In this document: positions 38,649-51,042 of the stretch, piece after piece | Position numbering within the stretch: position 1 is the first letter of the stretch | Layout: each line of letters opens with the position of its first letter | Assembly (NCBI GenBank): GCA_030264375.1 | Contig: JASCQW010000162.1 | Coordinates: 19,201,546 to 19,265,545, forward strand | DNA: 64,000 bases | Reading direction: 5' to 3' | From: Carcharhinus longimanus | Taxonomy: Eukaryota | The notes under the pieces: generated by a model | What the model was told of the DNA's origin: nothing | Databases searched by the model: none | What the model saw: only the letters and a program-made list of their open reading frames with translations | Position numbers and translations under genes: made by a program

Positions 38649-39319
38649 ACTTAAAATAGAGGTGGATACAGGAGCCTCTGTTACTGTCACATGAGAATAT
38701 ACATATCGGTATTTACAAGGTGGGGTCCAGCACCTTAAATTAAAAGCATAGCAGCCAGCCTGGCCACTTGCGTGCGGTACCACAGCCAGACCAGCAATCT
38801 ACCAACATCAGTTAGCCCAGTTACCGATCATTGTAGTCAAGGAACAAGACTCATTGGCTGAGATTGGCTCAATTGGATCCTGTTGAATTGGTTGGAGATT
38901 TTCAGCATTATTGAAGGTGGTGGAATATGAAGAAAATACCAAGAAGTATTTCAGAATAACTGGGCAAGATACAGGATATCAGGCAAAGGTCTACGTTGAT
39001 CCTGAGGCAACACCCAAGTTTTGCACAGCTTGCCCAGTGCCCTATGCTTTACACACAAGTAGAAGTTGAGCTCAAGTGGCTGGAAGATTTAGGAATAATT
39101 AAACATGTATAATTTTTTTGAGTGGGCTGTCCCCATCGTCCCTGTTATTAAGCCAGAACGGACTGTTGGTATTCAGAGATTGATGGTCACCTCACAATCA
39201 ACCAGCAAAACTAGATCGGTACCCTATATTGAAAATCGAAGATCTGTATGCCAGGTTGGCTGGAGGGTTAATGAAATATACAGAACTCATCACAAGTCAC
39301 GCTTATCAGCAGAGGCATT

Positions 39320-39818
39320 AAGGGAATCTAATCTGAGGGTGATTTAGCAGTTTGGATCAGGAATTGGCGAGCTGATTGAAGACAGAGGGTGGTAGTTGAT
39401 GGGAAATATTCAACCTGGAGTGCAGTTACAAGTGGGTGTACCTCAAGGATCTGTTTTGGGGCCACTGCTGTTCGTCGTTTTTATAAATGACCTAGATGAG
39501 GGTGTAGAAGGATGGATTAGTAAATTTGCTGACAACTCCAAAGTCGGAGGAGTTGTAGACAGTGAGGATGGATGTTACAGTTTGCAGAGGGACATAGATA
39601 AGCTGCAGAGCTGGNNNNNNNNNNNNNNNNNNNNNNNNNNNNNNNNNNNNNNNNNNNNNNNNNNNNNNNNNNNNNNNNNNNNNNNNNNNNNNNNNNNNNN
39701 NNNNNNNNNNNNNNATAACATTGGAATAGTTTAGGTTAGAGGGTCATTAGATTGGTTCCACTGGTCGGCGCAACATCGAGGGCTGAAGGGCTTGTTCTGT
39801 GCTGTTATGTTCTATGTA
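39320..39818 (+). mobile_element. CR1 LINE fragment inserted into the Gypsy RT
   Basis: [21 protein letters not shown]...[11 protein letters not shown] and a tail ending TTATGTTCTATGT. Confidence 0.85.
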
Positions 39819-40366
39819 ACAATCAACACCCCTAAAAGCTTATATCGATATACCTGGCTGCTGTTCAGAGTATCTTTGACGTGTGCCATATTGCAGTGTG
39901 CTATGGAAAGCTTCTTATAGGGTCTGCCCAAGGTAGTTGTCTGTTTGGACCATGTATTAATTACGGGGGCTTCTGCAGAAGAACATTTGACAAATTTGGA
40001 GGACACGTTGAAAAGATTAAAAGAAGCAGGGAGAAGGCTCGAGAGTAAAATTCACATTCCAAATCCATGCAGTAAAGGTATTTGGGATTCAGGGTTGATG
40101 CTCAAGGACTGCACCCTATGGTGGAAAAGGTTAAGACAATCCAGGGAACACCAGCCCCCAGAAGTTTCTCAGAACTTAAATTATTCTTAAGGATGGTGAA
40201 TTATTTTTCACTTCAAGAACACTAACAGACGCTGAGAGGGCCTATTCCCAGATCGAAAAGTAAGATTTGTCTATTATTTGTGAGGTGAGAAAGGGCCTCC
40301 TTTTCCAACTTGCATCATCATTTTTGCCTTTAAGCCATTTGTCCTTTCCCATTCTCACCCTGGGCC

Positions 40367-40415
40367 AGCCACCACGTATTAATACTAGAGCCACCACGTA
40401 TTAATACTAGAGCCA
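40367..40415. repeat. Perfect 22-bp tandem duplication
   Basis: AGCCACCACGTATTAATACTAG twice, followed by AGCCA. Confidence 0.9.
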
Positions 40416-42871
40416 TCAGCAGAGACCAAAACTGCAGGGAGAGAGCAATGCCTCAGATCCAGGAGCAGGAGTGCGGGGCAGGAGTCTGACCCAGATGCTT
40501 GGTTGGCTGGGATGGTTGAGGGGTACTATAAAGCTGTTGTTTGGGTGCTGGTGAGTAGCTAGCTGGCCCCTGCCTGGCTCATCTACCCCACTTCAATCTG
40601 AGAACTCCGCCTTGCTCAATCCACGAGCCTCCTTATCACCCGGCTCAATCCACGCACCCTTTCCCACTGCTCAATCGGTGGGAAGGCATCTAAGCTCTGG
40701 AGATGAAGAGAGTGGCAGAGAGAGAAAGGCATAAGGAGAGAGAGAGCCAGAATGGGAAAGGAAAAAAATAGGGACAGATAGGGTGGGGAAGGTAAGAGAG
40801 AGAATCAGTGAGAAAGAAAAACGAGCAAGAAGTTGAGCTTCAGGAGGGTTGTAGATAAGAGTCCAGAGCTGTGCTCCTCCGGGATTGTTTGGGCAATTCA
40901 TGTTATCTAAGTTGAATTTATACAGTACTTTTATATTGTGATTTACTTGGTAATTTATTTCATTTAGGAATGCACATACCTGGTACAGTATAGCAACTTG
41001 TACGTTGGTTTTTCAGGCAAGAAATGTCCAAAGGGACTTAACCCAGCTTTAACATTGATTTCTGTGGGAACCAGTGATTCACTTCAAGTGAGGACTAAAA
41101 AGTAATATCAAAAACGATCTGTATAGTTCCTCTAATTTTTCTGCTGCAGGTGAGAAGGATGTGTGCTTTTCCCAATCACTTCTGATGAAATCTGTTTTTA
41201 AAATATTTGTATGCATAAATTTGATTTCTCTCTCTCCCCAGGCCATAAATGATCATTTTTTAAAAAGTCATATTTCATTTTGGTCAATTCCATTTGCTGG
41301 TCTGTAAGCTCTATTATTTCAAACTCTATGCAAGCTGACCTTTCCATAGCAGCATCGCTGTGGCTGAGAGTGTCCCTGTTAAAATCAGTAATATTAAGAA
41401 AACCCTTCTCAGTGATGTCAGAACAATAATGCTGTTATGTTGTGCCCTATGTAACTAATGGTTAGATATTATAGCAGCATTTTTGGGAGTTGTTTTATTC
41501 TGGCTGATTCATACATGCTAATCAGGCAGAGAGCTTTATCTTTCAATGATTGTAATAGGACAGGTAAATTGATTTTACTTTTTCCCCCAGTCAATAGCAA
41601 AAATCTTATGTTCAGTTAAATTTCTGCAAATTTTAGCAACATCCTTCACTCTTACTTTACGTATATTGAGAATGAATGTGTTTCCGAAAAAAAATTGCAT
41701 GATGTGTACTACGTGTTTATGAACAGTAGAATGAAATTAGAGTCTACACTTTTTAATAAATGTACTGTAGTTGGCAAACATTCAGAACCAAAATTCTATT
41801 CAAGCTGCACTGTGTTGGAAATGTACATATTAGAGGATGATTTTATCTTAGGTTTCCGGCTAAAGTTTAGATAACTCAAGTCTCTCTGTGATTTGAGACA
41901 GAATAGAGCTATTTGATATTGTTAAAGTGGTTTTAATGAAATTTAATTATGGTCGCCAAACGAGATCCTTTGTCTGAGGAAGGGTGCCAGGGATTGTGAT
42001 TGGCAGGGCAACTTGCAAGTGCAAGTCTGGGTGACAGTTGGTGCAGATGAAGTTGTTCCACGATTGATAGTGTACTTTTAAAGTTTATCCCTGTTGTAGT
42101 GACTGATATCTGTGGTAAGGTATATTTTTTGGCAGATTTAATTGTCTGTAACAGTATTAACACTGTGAATATCTTGTGGATGAAAATTACTAATTAGCAA
42201 TAACCAACTCAGTGTTTGACTTTGATACCATTACGTTGCTGATTCTGTTTTAAGAAAAGTCATTTGAAAAGAAGGCTTGGGGGTAAAACTATTCAAATGT
42301 ATACAGAAAGTATTCCTGGAAAATACTGAGCTTGGGTTGGGTGTGTATCAGTGAATTTCTGGTTAGTGGCTTTGCACCATGTTTTTCAATAGAGCTACAT
42401 AGTCACATGATGAAAAACCATAAGACAAATTGCACAATCTAAAATTCTGCTTGTAAAATAAGTACATTCATAAGTTAGAATTAATTTATTTTTGACTTTA
42501 AGATACCAATCAGTCGATAGTAGAAGTTTTAAACTTAGATACGTACAGCTAAAAATCTAATGTTACAGGATTGAATTCAGTGGGCACAGATGGAAGACCG
42601 ATTAGTCTTTCAAGTCTCTTAACAGAAACATTTCCTTGTCTGTGATACTTGTGGCGATGGAATAGACTATTTTACCCCATTTCTCAGCACAAGATGGTGA
42701 CTGTCCTTTCAACAATTATAATTTCAGTTTTCTCCTTGCCTTCTGAAGCACTGACTTTGTTGGGCTCTTGTTCTTAGATGTCACACATTTCCTCCATACA
42801 TTTGAATAATCAATGTTTTACTCTCAAGCTGTCTTTTCAAATCACTGGTTCTACAGAATAAACCACAGAGT

Positions 42872-43101
42872 TTAAAGTTTTTAAGTTTATTTATTAGTGT
42901 CACAAGTAGACTTACATTAACATTGCAATGAAATTACTGTGAAAAACCCCTAGTCTTTTGGACAGTGGAAAGAAACTGGAGCATCCGGATAAACCCATGA
43001 AGACACGGGGAAAATGTGCAGACTCCACACTGATCCAATTCAGGAATCGAACCTGGGTCCCTGACACTGTGAGGCAGCAGTGCTAATCACTATGCCACTG
43101 T
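42872..43101 (-). mobile_element. V-SINE, tail type B
   Basis: TTTATTATTAGTGTCACAAGTAGACTTACATTAACATTGCAATGAA...GGAATCGAACC...GCTAATCACTATGCC. Confidence 0.8.
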
Positions 43102-43187
43102 GAGTGGTATCAAAGTCAAGCATCTGCGTTCATTATGGTTGAATAGTAATTTTCATCCACAATATATTCATGGTTTTAATGTTGTTA

Positions 43188-43490
43188 CATAAGAACATAA
43201 GAAATAGGAGCAGGAGTAGGCCATCTAGCCCCTTGAGCCTGCCCCGCCATTCAATAAGATCNNNNNNNNNNNNNNNNNNNNNNNNNNNNNNNNNNNNNNN
43301 NNNNNNNNNNNNNNNNNNNNNNNNNNNNNNNNNNNNNNNNNNNNNNNNNNNNNNNNNNNNNCCCTCTCTTATCAAAAACCCATCAACCCGCGTCTTAAAA
43401 ATATTTAGCGAGGCAGCCTCCACCACTTCAACGGGCATAGAATTCCAGAGATTCACCACCCTTTGAGTGAAGAAGTTCCTCCTCAACTCC
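43188..43490 (-). mobile_element. Young CR1 3' fragment
   Basis: Translates to ELRRNFFTQRVVNLWNSMPVEVVEAASLNIFKTRVDGFL, with a CATAAGAA tail repeat. Confidence 0.9.
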
Positions 43491-44134
43491 ATTGCAGATA
43501 ATTAAATATTAATGTGTGAATCGTGGTATTAATTGTCACCATTGTTGAACCATTGATTGTGTATCTCTCATGCACACTTGCTTTTTCTCGTTTGTGCAGA
43601 CGTTCTGTCTTGCTTGCTAGCTCATATGCTGTCTCTTTCTGCTTTTCTCATTCTCTGACCTGCTAGTTCATACCTGATATTTGTCTGTTCAAATTTGCTC
43701 TGACTCTTTCACAGTTGGAGCTGGAAATTGCTAAAAATATCTGGAATGCCAACAGAAAAAATAGGATTGAAACCACGCTAGACAGTTGCTGCTGCATACT
43801 AGGTCATTTGGGACTATGGTAATATGAAAATTGAAGGAGCCTATAATTTTATAGCCCTGGATTAAATTGGGGAAATGTGTGTTTCTCATATCTGCAGTAT
43901 TTTTTATCTGATTTAGTTTCTTTTTATCAAATGAAATCCTCCCATAGAGCTATCAGTCAGTGTTTATGCTGTAGATACCCTATTGAAAAAAGAGAAGGAC
44001 AACATTTCTCATAGCAATCATTGCAGATTAATGCACTAACCTCATTGCACCTTTGGGAAATAAACCATTCACTGTCTGAAATCCAGTGTGCCAGACAGTA
44101 ATAAAAAGACCCGCAGCATAGACTGTTTATTGTT

Positions 44135-44472
44135 TTTTTTTCATTCGTACGTGGGACATGGGCATCGCTGGCTGGCCAGCATTTATTGCCCATCCTTTGT
44201 TGCCCAAGGGCAGCTGAGAAACAACCACATTGCTGAGCTCTGGAGTCACATGTAAGCCAGACCAGGTAAGGATGGCAGATTTCCTCCCCTAAAGGACATT
44301 AGTGAACCAGATGGGTTTTTCTGACGATGGTTTCATGGTCACCAGGTGGTTCTTAATTCCAGACTTTTTTTTATTCAATTCAAATTCCACCAGCTGCCAT
44401 TGTGAGATTCGAACCCAAGTCCACAGAACTGAGTTTCTGGATTAATAGTCTAGCGATAATACCACGAGGCCG
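44135..44472 (-). mobile_element. tRNA-derived SINE with a LINE-shared tail
   Basis: Minus-strand head GGCCTCGTGGTATTATCGC...GGGTTCGAATCTC (A and B boxes) and tail GATGGGCAATAAATGCTGGCCAGCCAGCGATGCCCATGTCCC followed by an A-rich end. Confidence 0.75.
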
Positions 44473-47400
44473 TTACCTACTTTAATTAATAGAAGGTAAT
44501 AGCTGGTATTAAATGAAGTTCGCTTTCCCATTTCTGTCTTTCTCCTGTACTGCATGGTTCTTGGGTAAAAGATGAAGATGCATTACATAACCATTTAAAA
44601 CTGTTGTGTTTTATATCTAGTTACAAATAGTTATTGACAAATTATTGAACCACCTGCAAAGAGCATAGCATTTTAATCCTTTATGTAGTGAAACAGGTCT
44701 TGTTTTAAAAGTTGAATGCTATGCAGAATCACTAAGTATATTTTCTCTTCCACTTCAAATTACTGCTTCAAATTCTGATGGTATTGAATTTTGATGAAAG
44801 GTTGGCTTAAGTAATATATATTTTATCTTTGACTTCAGGTGTTTTATTAGTGGTGTGACATGTGCAATAATCCCCATTCCCATTTGCAGACTTTGTGCAC
44901 TCTGTGATAGTAGAGGAGCGGAGGGATGTAATACTTTTGCATTATTTAAATCTAAATCGCTTTCTTGGAATTTTTTTTTAAATTGTGAAAATATTTATAA
45001 CAGCAGGCCATTTTCACTTCAATGTAGTGTAATCTCTAGGCTGCATAAAGTTGACTTTTCAAGGCTGCCTTGACCTCATTGCAGAACTCTCTTGATCATG
45101 TGGCTCACGTTGATACACTGGTACTGTACTTATTTACTTAAAGTGCTGAAGTTTGCTGGGTGGTTGTAATGATTTGTATTGTCTTGATTTGTTAACTGTT
45201 AAAAAGTATGTTGTGTAATTACTCGGATTCTTCATTGCATTTGCTTACTCATTTTGGGGATCCTGGATAAAATGAATTAATCTGACACAAATTGTAGCCC
45301 TTCAGTATAAAAGTACTGTACTAATAATTTTGCATAATTGTAAATCAAATGAATTATATTATTATTTAAATACTAGTCAGAACAGTCAGTCTAAAAGTTT
45401 GTGGTCACACACAACAGTTCCATTTCTTTGATTAGTGCCTTTCAAAGCAGACTGGAGTGACCCTGTGTACAGTATAGTTTGCTTTTCTGAGCTTGGATAA
45501 TTTATTTTGTTCACAGGAGATGTTCACAAGGCTGCATTTATTATTGATCTGTAACAGCCTTGAATCGCATCTGTATACCTGGTTGAAGTTGCAGATTCTC
45601 AAGTGAACTTAGTTCTCTGCCAGTCAAGTGTTTGCCTCTTGTTTTCGTTATGTTACTTCCGTGATATGATTTGGACCATTAAGCCATTGTTCCATCATAT
45701 CCTCTCAAATTATTTGGAACAGTGGAACTACAAATGCCCTGTACCATGTTCTTTGTTAGTGATTCTCTAAGATGCATTGTTTTTCCATAGAAGAAATTTT
45801 GTGGCCTCAATCTTCTGGTCAGTGGTGGCAAGAATGCATCCATCGCTGATTGTGATTTAATCTGCACACTAGACACTTATGCTGGAATCTTTGCACCTTT
45901 GGTTTCGCTCCTGCTGGTTTGCAGTGATGAAGTGGTGAACAGAATTGGGAGGTCAGATGGTGAATGTGAAACAGCTTTTTTGTCATCATGGACAAAAGGC
46001 ATGCTTCTTCATAGAATTGTCACTGGGACTGAACAATGCTTATCCTTCTCCCTCACCCCTGATGCTCTCTCTCCCCAGTAGTTCTCATACCTTCCCTCAG
46101 CCATTGACAGTGCTCGAATGCTCCTCCCATGCCACCCTGTCACAATGTTGACCCCTATCAGTGTTCAATCCCTCCTTCTTCACCTCCCCTCTCTGACTCT
46201 GAACTTGTTCAGCCCCATTCCCAGCAATGTTCGCTGTCACTCTCCCGTGCACTCCTTGACAATGCTAACTTTCTTGCCACTGAGTGGAGAAGAACTGGGG
46301 ATTCCAGAAGGTCAGTCAGAATGAGTAGTGCAGCGGGGAGTGAACATTGTAACGGGGTGAATGGGAATTGTTTGTGGTTGCTGCTGTACTTTGAAACTCC
46401 AGTTAATTTACCAAATCTGTGTTTAAAAAAAACAGGGCACGTATAGTGCAAAAAGCCCAAGTCTCTTGGTGGATCATGGTTCTAGTGATCTGATCCCACT
46501 GTCATTGGAATTGTGCAGTAGTTGAGGCAGGTTAAAACTGGCATTCGGTGGTTTAAACTTCCCACTGTTTGTGTGCATCAGGACTTTCACAGCGGTGTTC
46601 ACCGCTCCCTGTATCAAAATCCAGGCTGTTATTTTGTCATCTTTTGTGAATCTAATTTTGTCCCTGATTCTGCAAGGGTTGAAATGAAGACTCTTCTTTT
46701 GAGACCACCGGCTGAGAAGCCTGGCAGTCTGTAAAAAAGCAGGCCACGTTGTTTGATTTGATATTGATCAGATAAGGAGGTCCAATGTTTACATGATAAG
46801 TAGTTGCACACTGTCAGCATTAACATTTGCTCGGTATCAGGAGCACTGAGTGTCATTGCTTATTAACGTGATATACTACAATTATCTCTGATTTTGATTA
46901 ACAGTTCTGTAACTAGCAACTGCCTGAATAAAGGAGTAAATATGAATACTTCTGTTACTTCTTCAGTTTTGTCACGTGTCAGCCATTATGGAGGAAACGT
47001 AATGATGTATACCTACAGAAAGTTTTAAAAGTAAATTAAAAATGAGAAATTGTACTCCTGTTTTTATCAGTTGATTTTTTTTGTTGTATTATTTCACTCG
47101 ATAAAATTAATAGTCATTTTAGCTAAACCATAAGTTATGACCACGGTGGGGATACTTATGGAGGGCACTCTAGATTCACTACACAATTTCAGATGCATTA
47201 TACAATACTGGAACAGTTTGTTCTAGGGCCTGATACACAAGGTAGTTTCAGTTTCTAAGTACAGGCTTGCTTCCAGAAATTGGCTATTTCAATAAGCATG
47301 TGCCAAAAGTATTGGGAAGCATTGCAAATCATGGCAGTGTACAAATTGGAATGCCTGACGCTGGCACACTTATACTGCTAATTTACGTGGAATTTAATTT

Positions 47401-47721
47401 TAACCTAACCTGCCATAGGAAATTGGACTTCTCATAGAGCAATCAGCAAATCTATCCCATCAGTTTCGAACCATGGGAATTACATTAAGGTTACTCCCTT
47501 CCAGTTTGATAAAAATATAAACCCTGATTTTTTAACTCCCCAAAATGAGGGCTAGATAGCGATTTTAGTTTCTAAGCATCATCTCCAAAGCAACAAGTTT
47601 CTTAGCGGATGTGAGATTGGCACCAGCTGTATCTCACTAACAGGAAATGCCTGCCATATACATTTTGGCCATTGGTGGTTCTCAGTTCTCTGATGCTATT
47701 TTCAGACTGCTTCACTTCAAA

Positions 47722-47935
47722 ATTTAAAGTTGTTTTTATTAGTCTCAAATGAGGCTTACATTAACACTGCAGTGAAGTTACTGTGAAAGTCCCCTAGTTG
47801 CCACATTCTGGTGCCTGTTCAGGTAAGCNNNNNNNNNNNNNNNNNNNNNNNNNNNNNNNNNNNNNNNNNNACCCGAAGGAAACTCATACAGACATGGAGA
47901 GAATGTGCAAACTCCGCACAATCCGTGACCCAAAC
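47722..47935 (-). mobile_element. V-SINE, tail type B, 5'-truncated
   Basis: GGCTTACATTAACACTGCAGTGAAGTTACTGTGAAAGTCCCTAG and the V-domain GGAGAGAATGTGCAAACTCC. Confidence 0.75.
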
Positions 47936-47939
47936 TGGC

Positions 47940-49760
47940 AAGGAGGAGGCCATTTGACCCAACATACCTGCACTGGCTCCCCAAACAAGCAACTTAACCT
48001 AGTGCCATTCCCCTGCCCTTTCCTAGACCCCACACATTATTTCTATTCAAATAATCATCTAATGCCCTCTTGAATGCCTCAATTGAACCTGCCTCCACCA
48101 CACTTCCAGACTGTGCATTCCAGATCCAAATCACTGAAAAACAATTTTTCGGACATCATATTTGCATCTTTTGCAAATCATTAAGTCTGTGCTTTCTTGT
48201 TCTTGATCCTTTTAAGAGCAGGAACAATTTCTCCCTTCCTACTCTGTCTAGACCTTTATGATTTTGAATATCTCTATCGAATCTCCTCCAGGAAAGAAGG
48301 TGGCCAAGGAGAACAGCCTCAACTCCTCCAATCTATCCTCATAACTGAAGTTTCTCATTGCTGGTACCATTGGAGAGAGTGCAGAAGTTCACAACAATGT
48401 GTTCACAATCTACCTGTAGTGTGTCTCCTAGAACTGTACACAATACTCCAGCTAAGGTTGAACTAGTGTCTTGTTTAAGTTCAGCATAACCTCTGGGCTG
48501 TGATGAACAGTCATCCAGACTTGAAACATTAGCTCTGTTCTCTCTCCACAGACACTGTCAGACTTGCTGACATTTTCCAGCATTTTCTGTTTTGTTTCAG
48601 ATTCCACCATCAGCAGTAATTTTGCTTTTAACTGCCATGCTCTTGCACTCTACGCCCCTATTAATAAAGCCCAGAATTCTATTTGCTTTATTCACTTGCC
48701 TCTCCCATCTGTCCATACCTGCGATGATCTATGCACTTATACATCCTGGTACCACTGCTTCTCCAACCCCTTAAGAAATTTACCGTTTACTATATATTCT
48801 TCCTACCAAAATACATCACTTTACCCTCATTGACCTTCCATCTGCCATCTATCAGCCCATTCCACCAACTAATGTCTTTCTGAAGTCCTGCGCTGTCCTT
48901 TAGAAGCCCTGCACCATCCTCTTCACACTTCACAATGTTTTCAAGTTTCAAGTGTTGTTGTTCACAAGCTTTGAAATTATTCCCAGAACACCAAGATCTA
49001 GATCATTAACGTACATCATGAAAAAAACCTTTGGGGAACACCACTAAACACCTTTCTCCAGCCCTAAAAATATCCATTGACAATCATTCTCTGCTTTCTA
49101 TCTTTCACCCAATCTTGGACCCACTTTGCTATTATCCCTTTTATTCCATGAGTTGTATAACTTTTTTTTCAAGTCTGTTTTGTGGCACTGTATTGTATGC
49201 CACCTGAAAGTCCATGCACACCACATCAACAGCATTATCCTCATTGATCCTTTGTTACTTCCTCAAAAAAACTCCAAGTTTGTTAAACACAATTTCCCCT
49301 TTGGATATCCGTCTTGGTTCTTCCTAATTAACCCACGTTTTTCTGTGTACTAATTCTATCCTGAATAATTGTTTCTCGAAGCTTGCCCACTGTTAAGCTG
49401 ACTGATCTGTAATTGCCGAGGCTATTGTTGCAATCTTTCTTGAACAAGTTCGTAACATTTATATTTCCTCACCTCCTCCAAGTCTTAATATCTATCTCCT
49501 TTTTCATCCAGGGAGTACTTCGTTTTTTTGCCTTACCTTTCCCTTTTAGGAGAATATACCATGACCAAATCCAGACCATTTGTTTTGAAGGTAGCCCATT
49601 ATTTAGCTACAGTTTTTCCAGCCAACTTTATGTTCCAGTCTAACCAGCCCAGTTCCATTATTGTCCCATTGAATTCAGCTCTCTTGCAGTTAATTATTTT
49701 TATCTGGATTGCCTATTTTCCTTTATCTATCATCATCATAAACTTTATAATACAATGATA
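47940..49760 (-). mobile_element. CR1 LINE, fragmented and decayed
   Basis: Reverse-complemented CR1 ORF2 and 3' remnants, including a YMDF-like segment near 49210 and a QHGF-like segment near 49290-49310. Confidence 0.6.
48496..48630 (+). mobile_element. Penelope-like short repeat (family 2) with a degenerate hammerhead motif
   Basis: GGCT-GTGATGA-AC-AGTC-ATCCA-GACT-T-GAAA-CA-TT-AGCT, then CTCTCCACAGA...TTTCCAGCATTTTCTGTTTTGTTTCAGATTCCA. Same family as 57092-57232. Confidence 0.6.
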
Positions 49761-50874
49761 TCAGTTGAAGCGTGCAGATATTTGCAGTTTGTTGTGCTTT
49801 ATTTTGTTAACAAAAAAATTGTTTTCCTTCTGTAACTTCCAAGAAAATAACGGTAGCAAAGCAGCAACAGATCTGAAGGAACCTTTTAGCTAGTGAGTTC
49901 TAATACTATGATTAGACTTGAAAATAAAACCCAAAAATATAAGGGAACAGAAAGCAGCTAAAGTGAGAAAACTCCTTAAGTATTCCGTGTTGCCAGCTAT
50001 AGCTTATACATCAATTATGAAATTAAACTATTTCTTATAAAAAAAAAGGAGCATGGGGCATATTCAGCCAAAGAATTTTGTGAACCTCTATACTTTATAA
50101 TTTGTCTTTTAAAGCTGCAAAACATGAACATGCAGATGGTAAGCTACTTCAGTGTATTCTGCTTGCTTGTATCTTGATGCAGTTTTAGTTTTACTGCAAA
50201 TATGGCTACAAAAACTAGGTCTCTGCTGAACAGTCTGGTAAATATCTCTGTTATATTGGCGACTATGTAACACGAATGCTGAGAATTGATAGTGTTGTGA
50301 TTGTAAAAATGTCAGTCTTTCTGTTGAGAAGTCAAGTAATTGCACTAAAGATGCAGCAGCTTCATAGTTGTGCACAAGATTATTTTATTGTCAGCTTAAA
50401 GTTGAGCTGACTCTTTACTTACAAAAACAATATTTAGTGCTCCAGCTCATAAATAGCTCATCTTGGGGAGTTAAAATTTTATTGGCAATCTCTCCCACTT
50501 CTATTTTCAGCGCAATTCAGTGCATTCCATTGAGATTGGACACCTCCTAGATATCTGCCAATTCTCTACATTAACTATCTCAATCCTTAGATTGCAGCCT
50601 GCACATCACTGTATCCATTTATTGCTTGTGGATGCAGGAAAGTTGGAAACTTAGCAAAGTGGAGTCAAAAGTAGATGATACCCACTCCGTTTGGTGTAAC
50701 GTTGTCAAGTCAAATTCTGTTTACTAAATTGGATCCTAGGATTTTATCAGTATTTTGGGATTCCATTGGTTTTTCTGTGAAAATGGAAAACCAATACCAA
50801 CTAGCTATTAATAAAATGTTTTTTAGCAATTGCATACGAATTTTGCCTTCCAGTGGTAAAGATGAGGCAAAACC

Positions 50875-51042
50875 ATAGATTTCTACAGTGCTGAAGGAGG
50901 CCATTCAGCCTGTCAGGTCTGCACTGACCACAATCATACTCAGATGACCTTACCCCATAACCCCATACATCTAACCTAGCTCGTCCCCCTGACACTAAGG
51001 GACGATTTTGCATGGCCAATCCACCTAACCTGCATATCTTTG
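50875..51042 (-). mobile_element. HE1-like SINE, 3' half
   Basis: CTACAGTGCTGAAGGAGGCCATTCAGCC...GACACTAAGGGACGATTTTGCATGGCCAATCCACCTAACCTGCA. Confidence 0.75.

Larger units (their letters stand above)
37018..40205 (+). mobile_element. Gypsy/Ty3 LTR retrotransposon, decayed and 3'-truncated (gag, protease, RT), with nested SINE and CR1
   Basis: Gag starts MPLSGKLEPFD (37411) and includes YVTQLRQLAERCEF..LRDRLVCGVN. Protease reads IEVDTGASVTV (~38655-38690). RT remnants are EWAVPIVPVIKP and CLDHVLITG (decayed YLDD). Confidence 0.85.
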
